Source of the DNA: a virus
DNA length: 64,000 nt
Direction: 5' to 3' (one strand)
IMG/VR virus record: IMGVR_UViG_3300005096_000071
Span: 27,159-91,158 of that record
A model generated the notes under the pieces. It saw nothing but the letters and a program-made list of their open reading frames with translations. It had not been told where the DNA came from and made no database searches. The translations under genes and the position numbers were made by a program. This document shows, one piece after another, positions 35,371 through 44,308 of the stretch; within the stretch, counting starts at the first letter, position 1; the number at the start of each line of letters is the position of its first letter.

Positions 35371-37023
35371 ATGTCGTCCCAAGTCCGTAGACTCATCGAG
35401 AATACCCGCGAGCGCCTCATTTCCTCGGATATCAACGATATCCAGGCGCTCGCGCACCGTGCCATGATCGAGATGGGGGCCGCGCTGCTGATCGGCGATC
35501 TGTTCGGTGCGGCGACGCCGGCGAGCGGCGTGCTCGGCGGTTTCTTGGTCGACACCAACAACCCCGTCTCGATGCTCCTCTCGGTAAGTCCCGGGATCGC
35601 GCTGCTCTACCAGTCGCCAACCCCGTCGACGCTCGACAGCGAGTTTGTGTGGCTGGAGATGATCGCGGCGGCATCGCTGGACCTGACGGCCGACGTGCCA
35701 GGCGGTGCCGGAGAGACGGCGTGGATCGTCGTCGAGGTCGCCCCCGCCGACGTCCTCGAACTGTCGGACCTGCGCGACATCTGGAACCCAGCGCTCAGCA
35801 CGTTCTCGCCGGTCAATGTATCGAAGCTACGAGGCAGCGCTCCGTTACTCCGGACACGTTCTGGGACAGCGACGACGGGCACGGCACTTCTGCCCGCTGG
35901 CGTGACGGGGTACATACCTCTCGCGTACGTCCTCCTCGCATTCGGAGACACGACGATCGTCGACGCTGCCGTGGTTCGCTGCCGTCCCCTTCTAGACGCC
36001 CAAAAACACGCCACGCAACAGACTGTGATCGAGGCTGGGCAATCTAGCTTCGTGACGGGTGGTGGACTATCAACATCCGACCCGTTCGCCACCGGCAATG
36101 CGGTTGAGATCCACGACTGCCGCGCGATCCTAAACGGGATCCCCGCGCGATGCAGCGGCGGACTCAATCTAGACTCCAGGACCTATGAGACCGGTCAGAC
36201 CTTTGGGGCCGACGTCGATAGCGTCTCAACGCCGGTCTACGTCTATATGATCGCGCCACCATTCCCTACGGGTTACGACCCGCTGGCGCCGCGTGAGCTG
36301 GCGTTTTTGCTGTGGGAGAAAAACATCCTGAGCACGGGCGGCGGCGGCGGCAATGCGATGTCCGCCCTCGGGGTCGAGGACGGTTATGCGCGCAACTGCC
36401 TCACAATGATCTCGACGACGGGACCGGAGGGTATTGTCGGCGACCACAGGAACACGCGCGGGCCTCACCCTGACACCGACACCGGGTTAGTGATCGCGAC
36501 GGGAACCCCATGGGGAGCAGCAGCGACGACGGTCGACAGCGTCTATGTGGGTGCATGCTCTCACTCAACCGCGAGCCCGAACGCGTCGCTTGGCCAGGAG
36601 TACCTCGGCGCTGGTATCTGCAAGTGGGCGTCACAGACTCAGGCCGAGCGCCCACTTGTCGACTACACCGCGAACCAGGGCGCCAGTGATCACGCCCCGT
36701 TTGAGTACCCCGATCCGTCTGCCGGGACCGACCCGGACATCGCCCCCTCGACTGCCGACATGGCGTGGATGCAGCTCGGGAGCACTGACGGGGCTTCAGC
36801 GGTTGCAGGTGTAGAAGTCGCCGAACAGTCTGCAACTGGTACACACGGGGACTCGGGTGATAACGGACTGCGTGCCGCTATCGGTTTCAGCTACACGTCC
36901 CAGGCGTGGATGCGTGTCAACCCGGCGAACCGATCGCTGACGGTGACGGTGACGGGATACACGACCGGCGATCACTACCTCGCGACGCTGGGGTATCGCG
37001 ATCGCATCCTCGCGGGTCGGTAG
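35371..37023 (+). CDS. Putative tail fibre/receptor-binding protein
   Basis: Last gene of the tail operon; L.VSPG.A and GYIPLAYV motifs; SD AGGAG. Confidence 0.65.
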   Translation: MSSQVRRLIENTRERLISSDINDIQALAHRAMIEMGAALLIGDLFGAATPASGVLGGFLVDTNNPVSMLLSVSPGIALLYQSPTPSTLDSEFVWLEMIAAASLDLTADVPGGAGETAWIVVEVAPADVLELSDLRDIWNPALSTFSPVNVSKLRGSAPLLRTRSGTATTGTALLPAGVTGYIPLAYVLLAFGDTTIVDAAVVRCRPLLDAQKHATQQTVIEAGQSSFVTGGGLSTSDPFATGNAVEIHDCRAILNGIPARCSGGLNLDSRTYETGQTFGADVDSVSTPVYVYMIAPPFPTGYDPLAPRELAFLLWEKNILSTGGGGGNAMSALGVEDGYARNCLTMISTTGPEGIVGDHRNTRGPHPDTDTGLVIATGTPWGAAATTVDSVYVGACSHSTASPNASLGQEYLGAGICKWASQTQAERPLVDYTANQGASDHAPFEYPDPSAGTDPDIAPSTADMAWMQLGSTDGASAVAGVEVAEQSATGTHGDSGDNGLRAAIGFSYTSQAWMRVNPANRSLTVTVTGYTTGDHYLATLGYRDRILAGR

Positions 37024-37035
37024 TACACTCCCACG

Positions 37036-37968
37036 GTGAGCATCATCAAAACGACAGAGTGGGAGGGCGAGACTGTTCGACTGGTCAAACTGGCCGGCCT
37101 AGCGCGCCACGCCAACTTCCCCCGGGGGCTAGGCCGTAGCGCATACATGCACAGGCCGGGACGCCCTGTGGTGGGCCTCGTGGCGCACACCACGGCCGGA
37201 TCCCGTAAGAACGGGCTCGACGCTCCAATCGCTTTGGCCAAGTGGATCATTCGGCCCCCAGTCTACAAGCGCGACGCGGCTGGAAACGTCGTCTACCGCA
37301 CCCTCCGGAGCGGGAAGAAAAAGCCGAAGATAATCGGCGGTGGACGCGGTTGGCCCGGCGCCCCGTACACGTTCCTGGTGCCCCACATCCCCGAGACCGT
37401 CGACGGCCTTCTGGAGGTTTACCGGCTGTGGGACGACGAATGGCACACGTGGCACACAAGCAAGGCGACGAACAGGGACCACGTCGCCGTCGGGTTCGCA
37501 GGGAGCTTCAAGACCCGCCACGCGCCCAACTTCAGCGATCGAGACCCGCACCCACTAGCGCTCGCCGCCGGCACCTCGCTGATCGTCGACTACCTCCTGC
37601 CACGGTACAACCTCACCGCTGATGAGATCTACGGTCACTTCGACCATGGCAAGCCGACGTGCCCTGGCGACACATTGGAGCGGTGGGTTAGAGAGACGCG
37701 AGGCGAGTTCGTTGAGGAGCTGGACGAGTCGCTCGTAGACACCGCCCCGGTGCACGTCGGACCGCTCAACACGTGGAAGGAACGGCAAGTCGCGCTCGAC
37801 CTGCTCGGCTACGACCTCGGGCCCGCCGGCGTCGACGGTCACTTCGGTCTTCGGACTCGCCGATCGGTGGAATCGCTCCAAGCAAACACCGGCCTGATCA
37901 TCGATGGCATCTGGGGACCCCGCACTGAGCGAGCGGTGCGAGTCGCACTTGCCGGACTACCGTCATGA
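37036..37968 (+). CDS. Endolysin: N-acetylmuramoyl-L-alanine amidase (Amidase_2) with PG-binding domain
   Basis: HTTAG, WHT, GH.D...TCPG; LGYDLGPAGVDG.FG.RT...Q...GL.IDGIWGP.T. Confidence 0.9.
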   Translation: MSIIKTTEWEGETVRLVKLAGLARHANFPRGLGRSAYMHRPGRPVVGLVAHTTAGSRKNGLDAPIALAKWIIRPPVYKRDAAGNVVYRTLRSGKKKPKIIGGGRGWPGAPYTFLVPHIPETVDGLLEVYRLWDDEWHTWHTSKATNRDHVAVGFAGSFKTRHAPNFSDRDPHPLALAAGTSLIVDYLLPRYNLTADEIYGHFDHGKPTCPGDTLERWVRETRGEFVEELDESLVDTAPVHVGPLNTWKERQVALDLLGYDLGPAGVDGHFGLRTRRSVESLQANTGLIIDGIWGPRTERAVRVALAGLPS

Positions 37969-38089
37969 TTCTGGCGCCAAAGCGCCAGCGATCATGATCT
38001 GGTTGCCATGCCGACCCGCGTGGTGCGACGCTACAGCATGGCAACCATGTTGACCGCCCCTGCAGCTCGTGTGAAAATTGATCGGCCCC

Positions 38090-38398
38090 ATGGACATCTC
38101 CGACAGCTCGACAGTCACGATCAGCCTCGCGGCGCTGGCGTCCACGGTGGCCACTCTCATATCGCTTGTGACGGCATGGGTAACCTTACGAATGACTGTC
38201 AAACACCAGGCGTCGGCGATCGAAAAGCTCGCCCGGGAGACGGACGAGAATCACAAGGAAGCCGACGAGAGGATCCGGAAGATCGAGCGATGGCGCGATC
38301 GTGCTGCGGGAGCAGCACAGGCGTCGAAGCGCGAGGACACCGACCGGATCATGATCCGGACGGCGGAAGCGAAATCAGATCTCTATCCCAAGGGGTAG
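38090..38398 (+). CDS. Holin-like membrane protein (one TM plus coiled coil)
   Basis: Follows the endolysin. Confidence 0.5.
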   Translation: MDISDSSTVTISLAALASTVATLISLVTAWVTLRMTVKHQASAIEKLARETDENHKEADERIRKIERWRDRAAGAAQASKREDTDRIMIRTAEAKSDLYPKG

Positions 38399-38495
38399 CG
38401 CTGGCCGGCGGTCTCAGGGCTTGGGACCTCCTCCCGCTGTTTGCGTTCGCGCTCGCGTTTGCGACCGTCATCGCCTCGGCTGCCGCAGTCGTCGG

Positions 38496-39776
38496 TCAGT
38501 AGGTGTAGCCCTCGGTGGGGAGCGTCGGTGGCGTCCGCGTGAAGCAATTGCGGACCGTCGACCACCCCATCATGATCTCGACCGGCGCGCTATCCTTCGA
38601 CTTGTCGAGGATCCACGATGCCTCCTCGACCGCGACGTCATCCCCGCGGTTCGGCCGCCAGATGAAAGCGACATATTCGGCGATGTTCTCGATGTCGCCG
38701 CTCTCTTTGAGCATGAACATATTCGGCCGCGAGTCTTTCCGATCGCGACTCTGGGGGCGAACGATCTGGCTGACGAGGATCAGGTGCATCCCGACCTCGG
38801 CCGCCGCGGTCTTCAGTGTTGCCGCCGCGTCCCCGAGGGCCACACGCCGGTCGCCCTTGGACCGGAAACACTGGAGGTAGTCGACCATCCCCACGCGGCA
38901 CCCGTAGTTGCGTGCGGCGTCCTGGAGGGCGTAGCCGACTCGCTCGGGGCTCCAGCCTGGGCCGTACTCCAGCACAAACGGCAGGTCCTTGAAATAGGAC
39001 TGGTTGGTCTCGTGCCGGAGCTTGTCCAGGTGTGGCCCCCGGAGGTCGTCGTTCGAGATGACAGCGGCGAGGCTCTCGCTCTCGATCAGCTGTTGGATCT
39101 GCCGCTTCACTGGGATCTGTTTGCGGTCCTCCAGGCTGATTAGGCATGTCGGCGTCCCTCGCATCGCCATCCCGGTGAGCAGCTGCACGGCCGCGGTGCT
39201 CTTGCCGTCGTTCGTGTAGCCGCCGAGGACCGTCATGCACTGGGGTTGGTAGCCGCGGAGGGCCTTGTCCATCTCGTCGAACCCCGAGGTGATGGCGGGC
39301 GGCCCCTCGCCGTCGAGGAGCCTTTGCTGTTCCTCGATCCACTCCTGGGAGACCTCGTAGGAGGTCGTCCACCGGACGGACCCACCGAAGGCCAGGAGCT
39401 TACGGCGGCGCTCGGACAGCCACGCCTCGGACTGCTCTCGCCCTTCCTCGGCGCAGATCTCGGCGGCGCCGCGGTACGCGATCCCCATCTCTTTGTTGAC
39501 CCACTGATCGATCAGCGATCGCTCCGCCTCTTTGATCGTCTCGGTCGCGGCGACGATCTCGTATCGTCGCCCGATCGTCCGCAGCTCTTGCGGGGTGAGT
39601 TCGAGCTGCTCAGGGGTGACCTGGGGCCACCCCTCGGAGATGAACCCCCGGACCTTCCCGACGATCTTGCGGCCGCGTGGTGACAGCTGTTCGTCGCCCA
39701 CGAGCGAGTGGACTAGGTACGTCGGGGCTTGGAGGAGGCAGGCCAGCCACAGATCTTCGGCGTCGTCGAGTGTCAT
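38496..39776 (-). CDS. dnaB: DnaB-like replicative helicase
   Basis: GYTNDGKS, ISLE, VDYLQ, VSQI.R, LKESGDIE..A. Confidence 0.92.
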   Translation of the reverse strand: MTLDDAEDLWLACLLQAPTYLVHSLVGDEQLSPRGRKIVGKVRGFISEGWPQVTPEQLELTPQELRTIGRRYEIVAATETIKEAERSLIDQWVNKEMGIAYRGAAEICAEEGREQSEAWLSERRRKLLAFGGSVRWTTSYEVSQEWIEEQQRLLDGEGPPAITSGFDEMDKALRGYQPQCMTVLGGYTNDGKSTAAVQLLTGMAMRGTPTCLISLEDRKQIPVKRQIQQLIESESLAAVISNDDLRGPHLDKLRHETNQSYFKDLPFVLEYGPGWSPERVGYALQDAARNYGCRVGMVDYLQCFRSKGDRRVALGDAAATLKTAAAEVGMHLILVSQIVRPQSRDRKDSRPNMFMLKESGDIENIAEYVAFIWRPNRGDDVAVEEASWILDKSKDSAPVEIMMGWSTVRNCFTRTPPTLPTEGYTY

Positions 39777-40585
39777 CAGAAAATGAAGTCGGGGATCGGC
39801 TCGGGGACCGGTTCGGGTTTAGGTTCGGCCCGCGGGTCGGGCCTTCGCTCGGGAGGTGGAGTGGGAGGGGGCCCGTCTGGGCCTACGTCGTCGTCTGAGC
39901 TGCAGCCCCAGGTGTCCCGCTCTCTTGGCACGGGGACAACGAAGGGCGGCCCCTCGTCGCCGGTGTAGCCCTCCACGAAGTAGACAGCGGTCCCCGCAGC
40001 AGCGCGGGCGGCAGCGATGGCAGCGTCGGCCCCGTCGCCGAGGTCGTCACGGACGTTCAGCTGTGCGCGCGTCCAGTCCAGCCGGTCGCGCTCGAAGAGT
40101 CCCACCTTCGCGTACGCCGCCATCCAGGGGTGAAAAGCGTCAAGCTTGAGGAGCTTCACGTCCAGGCGGACGATCTCCGCGAGCTGGCGGTCCGTGTCTC
40201 GCTCGGGCTGGAGCATCGGCGGCGCGGCGCGCTCCTCGGGTAGCTCGGCGTGGTCGTCGCACATCAGCGCCACGGCGACACCGCGCCGCCGGGCGCGCCA
40301 CAACCGCCACGCGTCAACCGGGACACTGCGGCGGCAGTCGGGCGCGGAGCAAGGCTTGAGCGCCATCGATCCCAGTGTGGGCTCGGAAAGGTCGCGGCCG
40401 TCGTAGAGCGCCGACCATTCAAGGATCAGGATCCGCCCCATCGAGGCGTAGTACTCCCGCCACCATGCTTCATTGGTCGGCGGGATGACGTAGGGGCTCT
40501 TGCTCTTGGCAGCCGCGAGCATGTTCTGGGCGAACCGGATCATTCTGCGGCTTTGCTCGCCGGTGGTCTTAGCGCGCCGCGTCAC
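39776..40585 (-). CDS. Hypothetical protein (Zn motif, Pro-rich acidic tail), possible helicase partner
   Basis: TGATG coupling to dnaB. Confidence 0.6.
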   Translation of the reverse strand: MTRRAKTTGEQSRRMIRFAQNMLAAAKSKSPYVIPPTNEAWWREYYASMGRILILEWSALYDGRDLSEPTLGSMALKPCSAPDCRRSVPVDAWRLWRARRRGVAVALMCDDHAELPEERAAPPMLQPERDTDRQLAEIVRLDVKLLKLDAFHPWMAAYAKVGLFERDRLDWTRAQLNVRDDLGDGADAAIAAARAAAGTAVYFVEGYTGDEGPPFVVPVPRERDTWGCSSDDDVGPDGPPPTPPPERRPDPRAEPKPEPVPEPIPDFIF

Positions 40586-40784
40586 GCTTGATCATCTCCA
40601 GAAAGGTGGTGCGCACGAGCGCGTCGACCTCGTCGTGTGTGGTGTCGATGCGGGCCCGGGTCCCGGGGGTCTGGACTACGGCGTAGGCTTTGTTGCCAGG
40701 GTGGCGATCGATCCGGAAGGTGCAGGACGCTTTCCCGAGGTGTAGCGTACCGGTCAGGATCTCAACGGTCGGCGGGTTTGTCAT
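40569..40784 (-). CDS. Small hypothetical protein
   Basis: GCA-ATG downstream of the conserved promoter. Confidence 0.6.
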   Translation of the reverse strand: MTNPPTVEILTGTLHLGKASCTFRIDRHPGNKAYAVVQTPGTRARIDTTHDEVDALVRTTFLEMIKRDAAR

Positions 40785-40795
40785 TGCGTGCTGAC

Positions 40796-40874
40796 TGAAT
40801 AGCCCAGCTTTTGCGAAAGCGCAACCGTGGGGGTGCACTTTTAGGATGACAACGCTGGCCGTGCGCGCTAGCAT
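40796..40874. promoter_or_regulatory. Divergent promoters sharing a GTGCAC box (left TTGCGC-N17-TATTCA; right ATGACA-N17-TAGCAT)
   Basis: Spacing read directly. Confidence 0.6.
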
Positions 40875-40884
40875 GTGCGGACTC

Positions 40885-42564
40885 ATGGAGCCCCGCCCCT
40901 ACCAAGTAGAATGCAAGGCCAAGGTCTACGAGTCGCTGCGCAAGGTCGATCGGACCCTCGCCGTGCTCGCGACCGGTCTTGGAAAGACTATCATTTTCTC
41001 CACCGTAGCAGAGGAGGCGGCCCGCAAGGGTAAGCGCGTCCTGATCCTCGCACACCGCGAGGAGCTGATCGCGCAGGCCTCCGATAAGTTCCACCGCGTC
41101 TCCGGGATGACGGCGGCGATCGAGATGGCGAACCGTCGCGAGGGAATGCAGCCCGTCGGGATGGAGCTGTTCGGCGACGCGCAAGCGCCGGTAGGCTCCA
41201 ACTATCCACCCGTTGTGGTGTCGTCGGTGCAGACGATGGTCCGGCGCCTCGACAAGTTCCCGGCGGACCACTTCGATCTCGTGGTCGTCGACGAGGCGCA
41301 CCACGCGGCCGCAAAAACGTACACGACGATCCTCGACCACTACAACGCGAAGGTGCTCGGGGTGACGGCGACGCCGGACCGCGGCGACAAAAAAGCGCTA
41401 GGCCAGGTGTTCGAGGACGTGGCGTTCCGGTACGACATCCGCGACGCCATCGACGATGGCTGGCTCGTCCCGATTCGGCAGCAGTTCGTCCAAGCGAAGG
41501 ATCTCAACCTCACGCGCTGCCGCACCACCGCCGGCGATCTAAACGCCGGCGATCTGGAGGCGGCAATGACTGAGATGAAGGTGCTCGAACAGGTCGCCGG
41601 CCCGACGGTCGACCTCGCAGGCGAGCGTCCGGTGCTGCTGTTCACCGTCACTGTTGCGCATGCCCACGCGCTCGCCGAAGTCATCCGCGGCCATACGAAG
41701 CAGGAGGTGCGAGCCCTCGACGGCACCACGCACCGCGACGAACGGCGCGAGACCGTCGAGGCATTCCGCAACGGCGAGGTCCGCTACCTGATCAACTGTG
41801 CGCTGTTCACCGAGGGGTTCGACGCGCCTGCGACCGCCGTCGTCGGGATGGCTCGGCCCACCAAGTCCCGAGGTCTCTACGAACAGATGATCGGACGCGG
41901 CACCCGTACCCTCGACGGCACACTGGACGGGCTCAACGGTGCGTCCGGTGAGGTACGCCGCGCGGCGATCGAAAAGAGCGCGAAGTCGAATCTGCTCGTC
42001 CTCGACTTCGTTGGCAACTCCGGCAAGCACTCGCTGGTGTCTATGCTCGATGTGCTTGGCGGTGAGGCGTCCGCACCAGAGAAGTCGATCGCAAAGGGGA
42101 TGCTGGAGAGCGGTGAGGTTGAGGACGTGGCGGAAGCCATTCGTCGAGCCCGCGCGCAGATCGATGCGATGGAGCTGGCCAGCGTCCGGAAGAAAGCGCG
42201 ACGGAACTACCAGACCGTGCAGGTCGACCCGTTCACTGCGCTGGGCATCGGTCCTCGTGGCGAGGACATGTTGGGCCGCGACGCGAGCGACAAACAGCGC
42301 CAGATGTTGGAGCGTGCTGGCATCAACCCGGCGGGTCTCGATTCTGCGCAAGCGTCGAAGCTGATCGCGTCTCTCATCTCCAGGCGCAGCGCAAACCTAG
42401 CGACGTACAAACAGGTCAACCGGCTGATCAAGGGTGGACTAGAACGCGACCAGGCCTCGGGGTTGACGTTCACAAACGCGTCGGCCCTCATCACGAAACT
42501 GGCCGCGAATCGTTGGAAGGCGCCGTCTAGTTGGGATAGCTGGGTCGCAGAGGTGAGCCGGTGA
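40885..42564 (+). CDS. SF2 DEAH helicase (ResIII/RadD-like)
   Basis: RPYQ, ATGLGKT, DEAHH, TATPDRGD, TEGFD.P, QMIGRGTR. Confidence 0.95.
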   Translation: MEPRPYQVECKAKVYESLRKVDRTLAVLATGLGKTIIFSTVAEEAARKGKRVLILAHREELIAQASDKFHRVSGMTAAIEMANRREGMQPVGMELFGDAQAPVGSNYPPVVVSSVQTMVRRLDKFPADHFDLVVVDEAHHAAAKTYTTILDHYNAKVLGVTATPDRGDKKALGQVFEDVAFRYDIRDAIDDGWLVPIRQQFVQAKDLNLTRCRTTAGDLNAGDLEAAMTEMKVLEQVAGPTVDLAGERPVLLFTVTVAHAHALAEVIRGHTKQEVRALDGTTHRDERRETVEAFRNGEVRYLINCALFTEGFDAPATAVVGMARPTKSRGLYEQMIGRGTRTLDGTLDGLNGASGEVRRAAIEKSAKSNLLVLDFVGNSGKHSLVSMLDVLGGEASAPEKSIAKGMLESGEVEDVAEAIRRARAQIDAMELASVRKKARRNYQTVQVDPFTALGIGPRGEDMLGRDASDKQRQMLERAGINPAGLDSAQASKLIASLISRRSANLATYKQVNRLIKGGLERDQASGLTFTNASALITKLAANRWKAPSSWDSWVAEVSR

Positions 42565-43334
42565 AGAGAGTCCGCGGCTTCGAGGTCGCGAACGACATCC
42601 CCGAGACTGAGAGAGCCGCGCGACGTCTCGGGGATCGGGGGTTCGGGAAGATGGTCGAACAGCTCCGCCGCGATCACGGCAAGTCCAGAATCGTTTTTTC
42701 CGCGCTCGCCCACTGTGACGCGGCCGCCCTCGCTGCGATTGAGGACGGCAGGCAACGAGCAACGGTCGAGTGGCCCCGCATTGTGGCCGCGGTCACCGGC
42801 GCCGACTACCTGCAGGTGTGGGACGTTTGGTCGCGCGGTGCGCCAAACGGCGAGGTGCGGATGTCGGTCGAGGAGGCACGGGCGCAGATCCAGCGTTTGC
42901 TCGGCGAGGGCGTCGATTGCCCTTGCTGTGGCCGGCTGTGCAAAGAGGCGCGGCGGTCAGTCTCGAAGCCGATGGTGCGGTTCGCCCGCTGGCTCGTGCG
43001 CAGTTATTCGGGGGCCCCAGTCGACGCGCGTGCGTTCGTGAAACAGACAAATCAGCACGGCGGCGACTACGCCAAGATCGTCTATTGGGGACTTGGCCGT
43101 CGCGAGCCCGGCGGCGATCCGATGTGGTCCCCGACCACCCTTGGATACAAGTGGGTCCGCGGCGAGGCGAAGGTCCAGCGGGTCGCGGTCGTCTGGAGAA
43201 ACGACGTGCTACGACACGAGGGGAAGCTGGTCACACCAGACGACATCGAACCAGAGACCCGTCCCGAGCGGACGGGCGTACGCCAATCTCTCCCAGGCAT
43301 ATCGTGCAACGCCGGCGAGGTGTCTGATGTGTGA
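42561..43334 (+). CDS. XRE-HTH plus Zn-ribbon/wHTH protein
   Basis: FG..V.QLR...G.S....E.G; CPCCG; GDYAKI.YWGL. Confidence 0.7.
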   Translation: MKRVRGFEVANDIPETERAARRLGDRGFGKMVEQLRRDHGKSRIVFSALAHCDAAALAAIEDGRQRATVEWPRIVAAVTGADYLQVWDVWSRGAPNGEVRMSVEEARAQIQRLLGEGVDCPCCGRLCKEARRSVSKPMVRFARWLVRSYSGAPVDARAFVKQTNQHGGDYAKIVYWGLGRREPGGDPMWSPTTLGYKWVRGEAKVQRVAVVWRNDVLRHEGKLVTPDDIEPETRPERTGVRQSLPGISCNAGEVSDV

Positions 43335-43586
43335 TGACGGCAGTGGTTGCGAGCGTGTGGCCGTGTGGCCGGGGCCTGGAAGCACTGTCTTCGGTGCGCG
43401 CACGTCATCTCGCTGCTACAGGAACGGATGGAATCCTACACCACAGACATACTAGACCTCGACTGTGGGGAGACTTGGCACAACGCGCCGCCCGGCGTGG
43501 CCGCCCGGCGTGGCCGCCCTGGCGTTCTGGATCCCATCCGACGAGATTGATCCGGCCGTTGCTGGACGCGCTATCATGGCCGACGA

Positions 43587-43841
43587 ATGAATAACACGAT
43601 CTTGATCGCGGCGTTGGCCGCACTGTCCTGCGGATGCTTGGCGAAGCGCCTGCAGATTCCCGCAGAGGACCACTACGTCCAAACGAGAGTCATCGCCGAG
43701 AAGTGCCGCACGCAGGGCTACGACGACTCGCCCTGCAGCGGGCAGCTCCAGGAAGACCTCGACGCGATGGTGAAAGGTGCCCAGGCAATCGACGCCGTCG
43801 CCAAGGGAAAAAAGCCCGAGTCGGAGGTGAGCGATGGATGA
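43587..43841 (+). CDS. Small lipoprotein
   Basis: Hydrophobic signal ending LSCGC; TATCAT upstream. Confidence 0.7.
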   Translation: MNNTILIAALAALSCGCLAKRLQIPAEDHYVQTRVIAEKCRTQGYDDSPCSGQLQEDLDAMVKGAQAIDAVAKGKKPESEVSDG

Positions 43842-44190
43842 GGCGTTCGGCCGCGAACGCGTCCTCGACGTCCTCGCCAACCTAGGCGGAGGCCTCCGCC
43901 GCACCGGTCATGGGTGGCTGACCGAACACGGCGACGATCTTGCCGAACTCGGCAAGATCGAGGCGGAGGCGATCCTATCTGCGCTGAAGCGCGGCGACAC
44001 TGCCGGCGCCAAGTTCCAGTTGGCGCTCCATATGAAGCCCGAGGAGTGGCGAGCCTACCGGGACGGTACCGTGGAGCAACTCCGAGGAATCGCGATCCAG
44101 CGCGCGCAACTCCTGGAGGCTCTCGAAGATCTCGGCCGTCGGAGCGCCGAGGCAATCGGCAAGGCCGCCGGGGCCGCACTCGGTCTCTGA
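43834..44190 (+). CDS. Hypothetical helical protein
   Basis: SD GGAGG. Confidence 0.7.
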   Translation: MDEAFGRERVLDVLANLGGGLRRTGHGWLTEHGDDLAELGKIEAEAILSALKRGDTAGAKFQLALHMKPEEWRAYRDGTVEQLRGIAIQRAQLLEALEDLGRRSAEAIGKAAGAALGL

Positions 44191-44191
44191 C

Positions 44192-44220
44192 TTGACCTGG
44201 GGGCTCTGATCCCCCACTGT
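44192..44220 (+). promoter_or_regulatory. Promoter TTGACC-N17-CACTGT
   Basis: Sigma70-like spacing, intergenic. Confidence 0.55.
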
Positions 44221-44232
44221 GACGACCGCACC

Positions 44233-44307
44233 AAAAACGAAGAGGCCCAGGGGAGTGAACCCTGGGCCTCCGATGCAATGACCACGAACCTCCCGCCAAG
44301 AAGGCTC
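44233..44307 (-). ncRNA. Putative antisense sRNA 1 (~75 nt)
   Basis: Promoter TTGCTT-N17-TACTTT (44342-44314); terminator with 11-bp stem 44242-44270 and U tract. Confidence 0.6.
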
Positions 44308-44308
44308 A

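Noticed and set aside
11961-37023. Extracellular contractile injection system or tailocin
   Set aside because: Terminase, portal, MuF and replication genes show this is a genuine phage.
43331-43594. Short ORF between the HTH/Zn gene and the lipoprotein
   Set aside because: Weak codon bias and several competing frames; not called.
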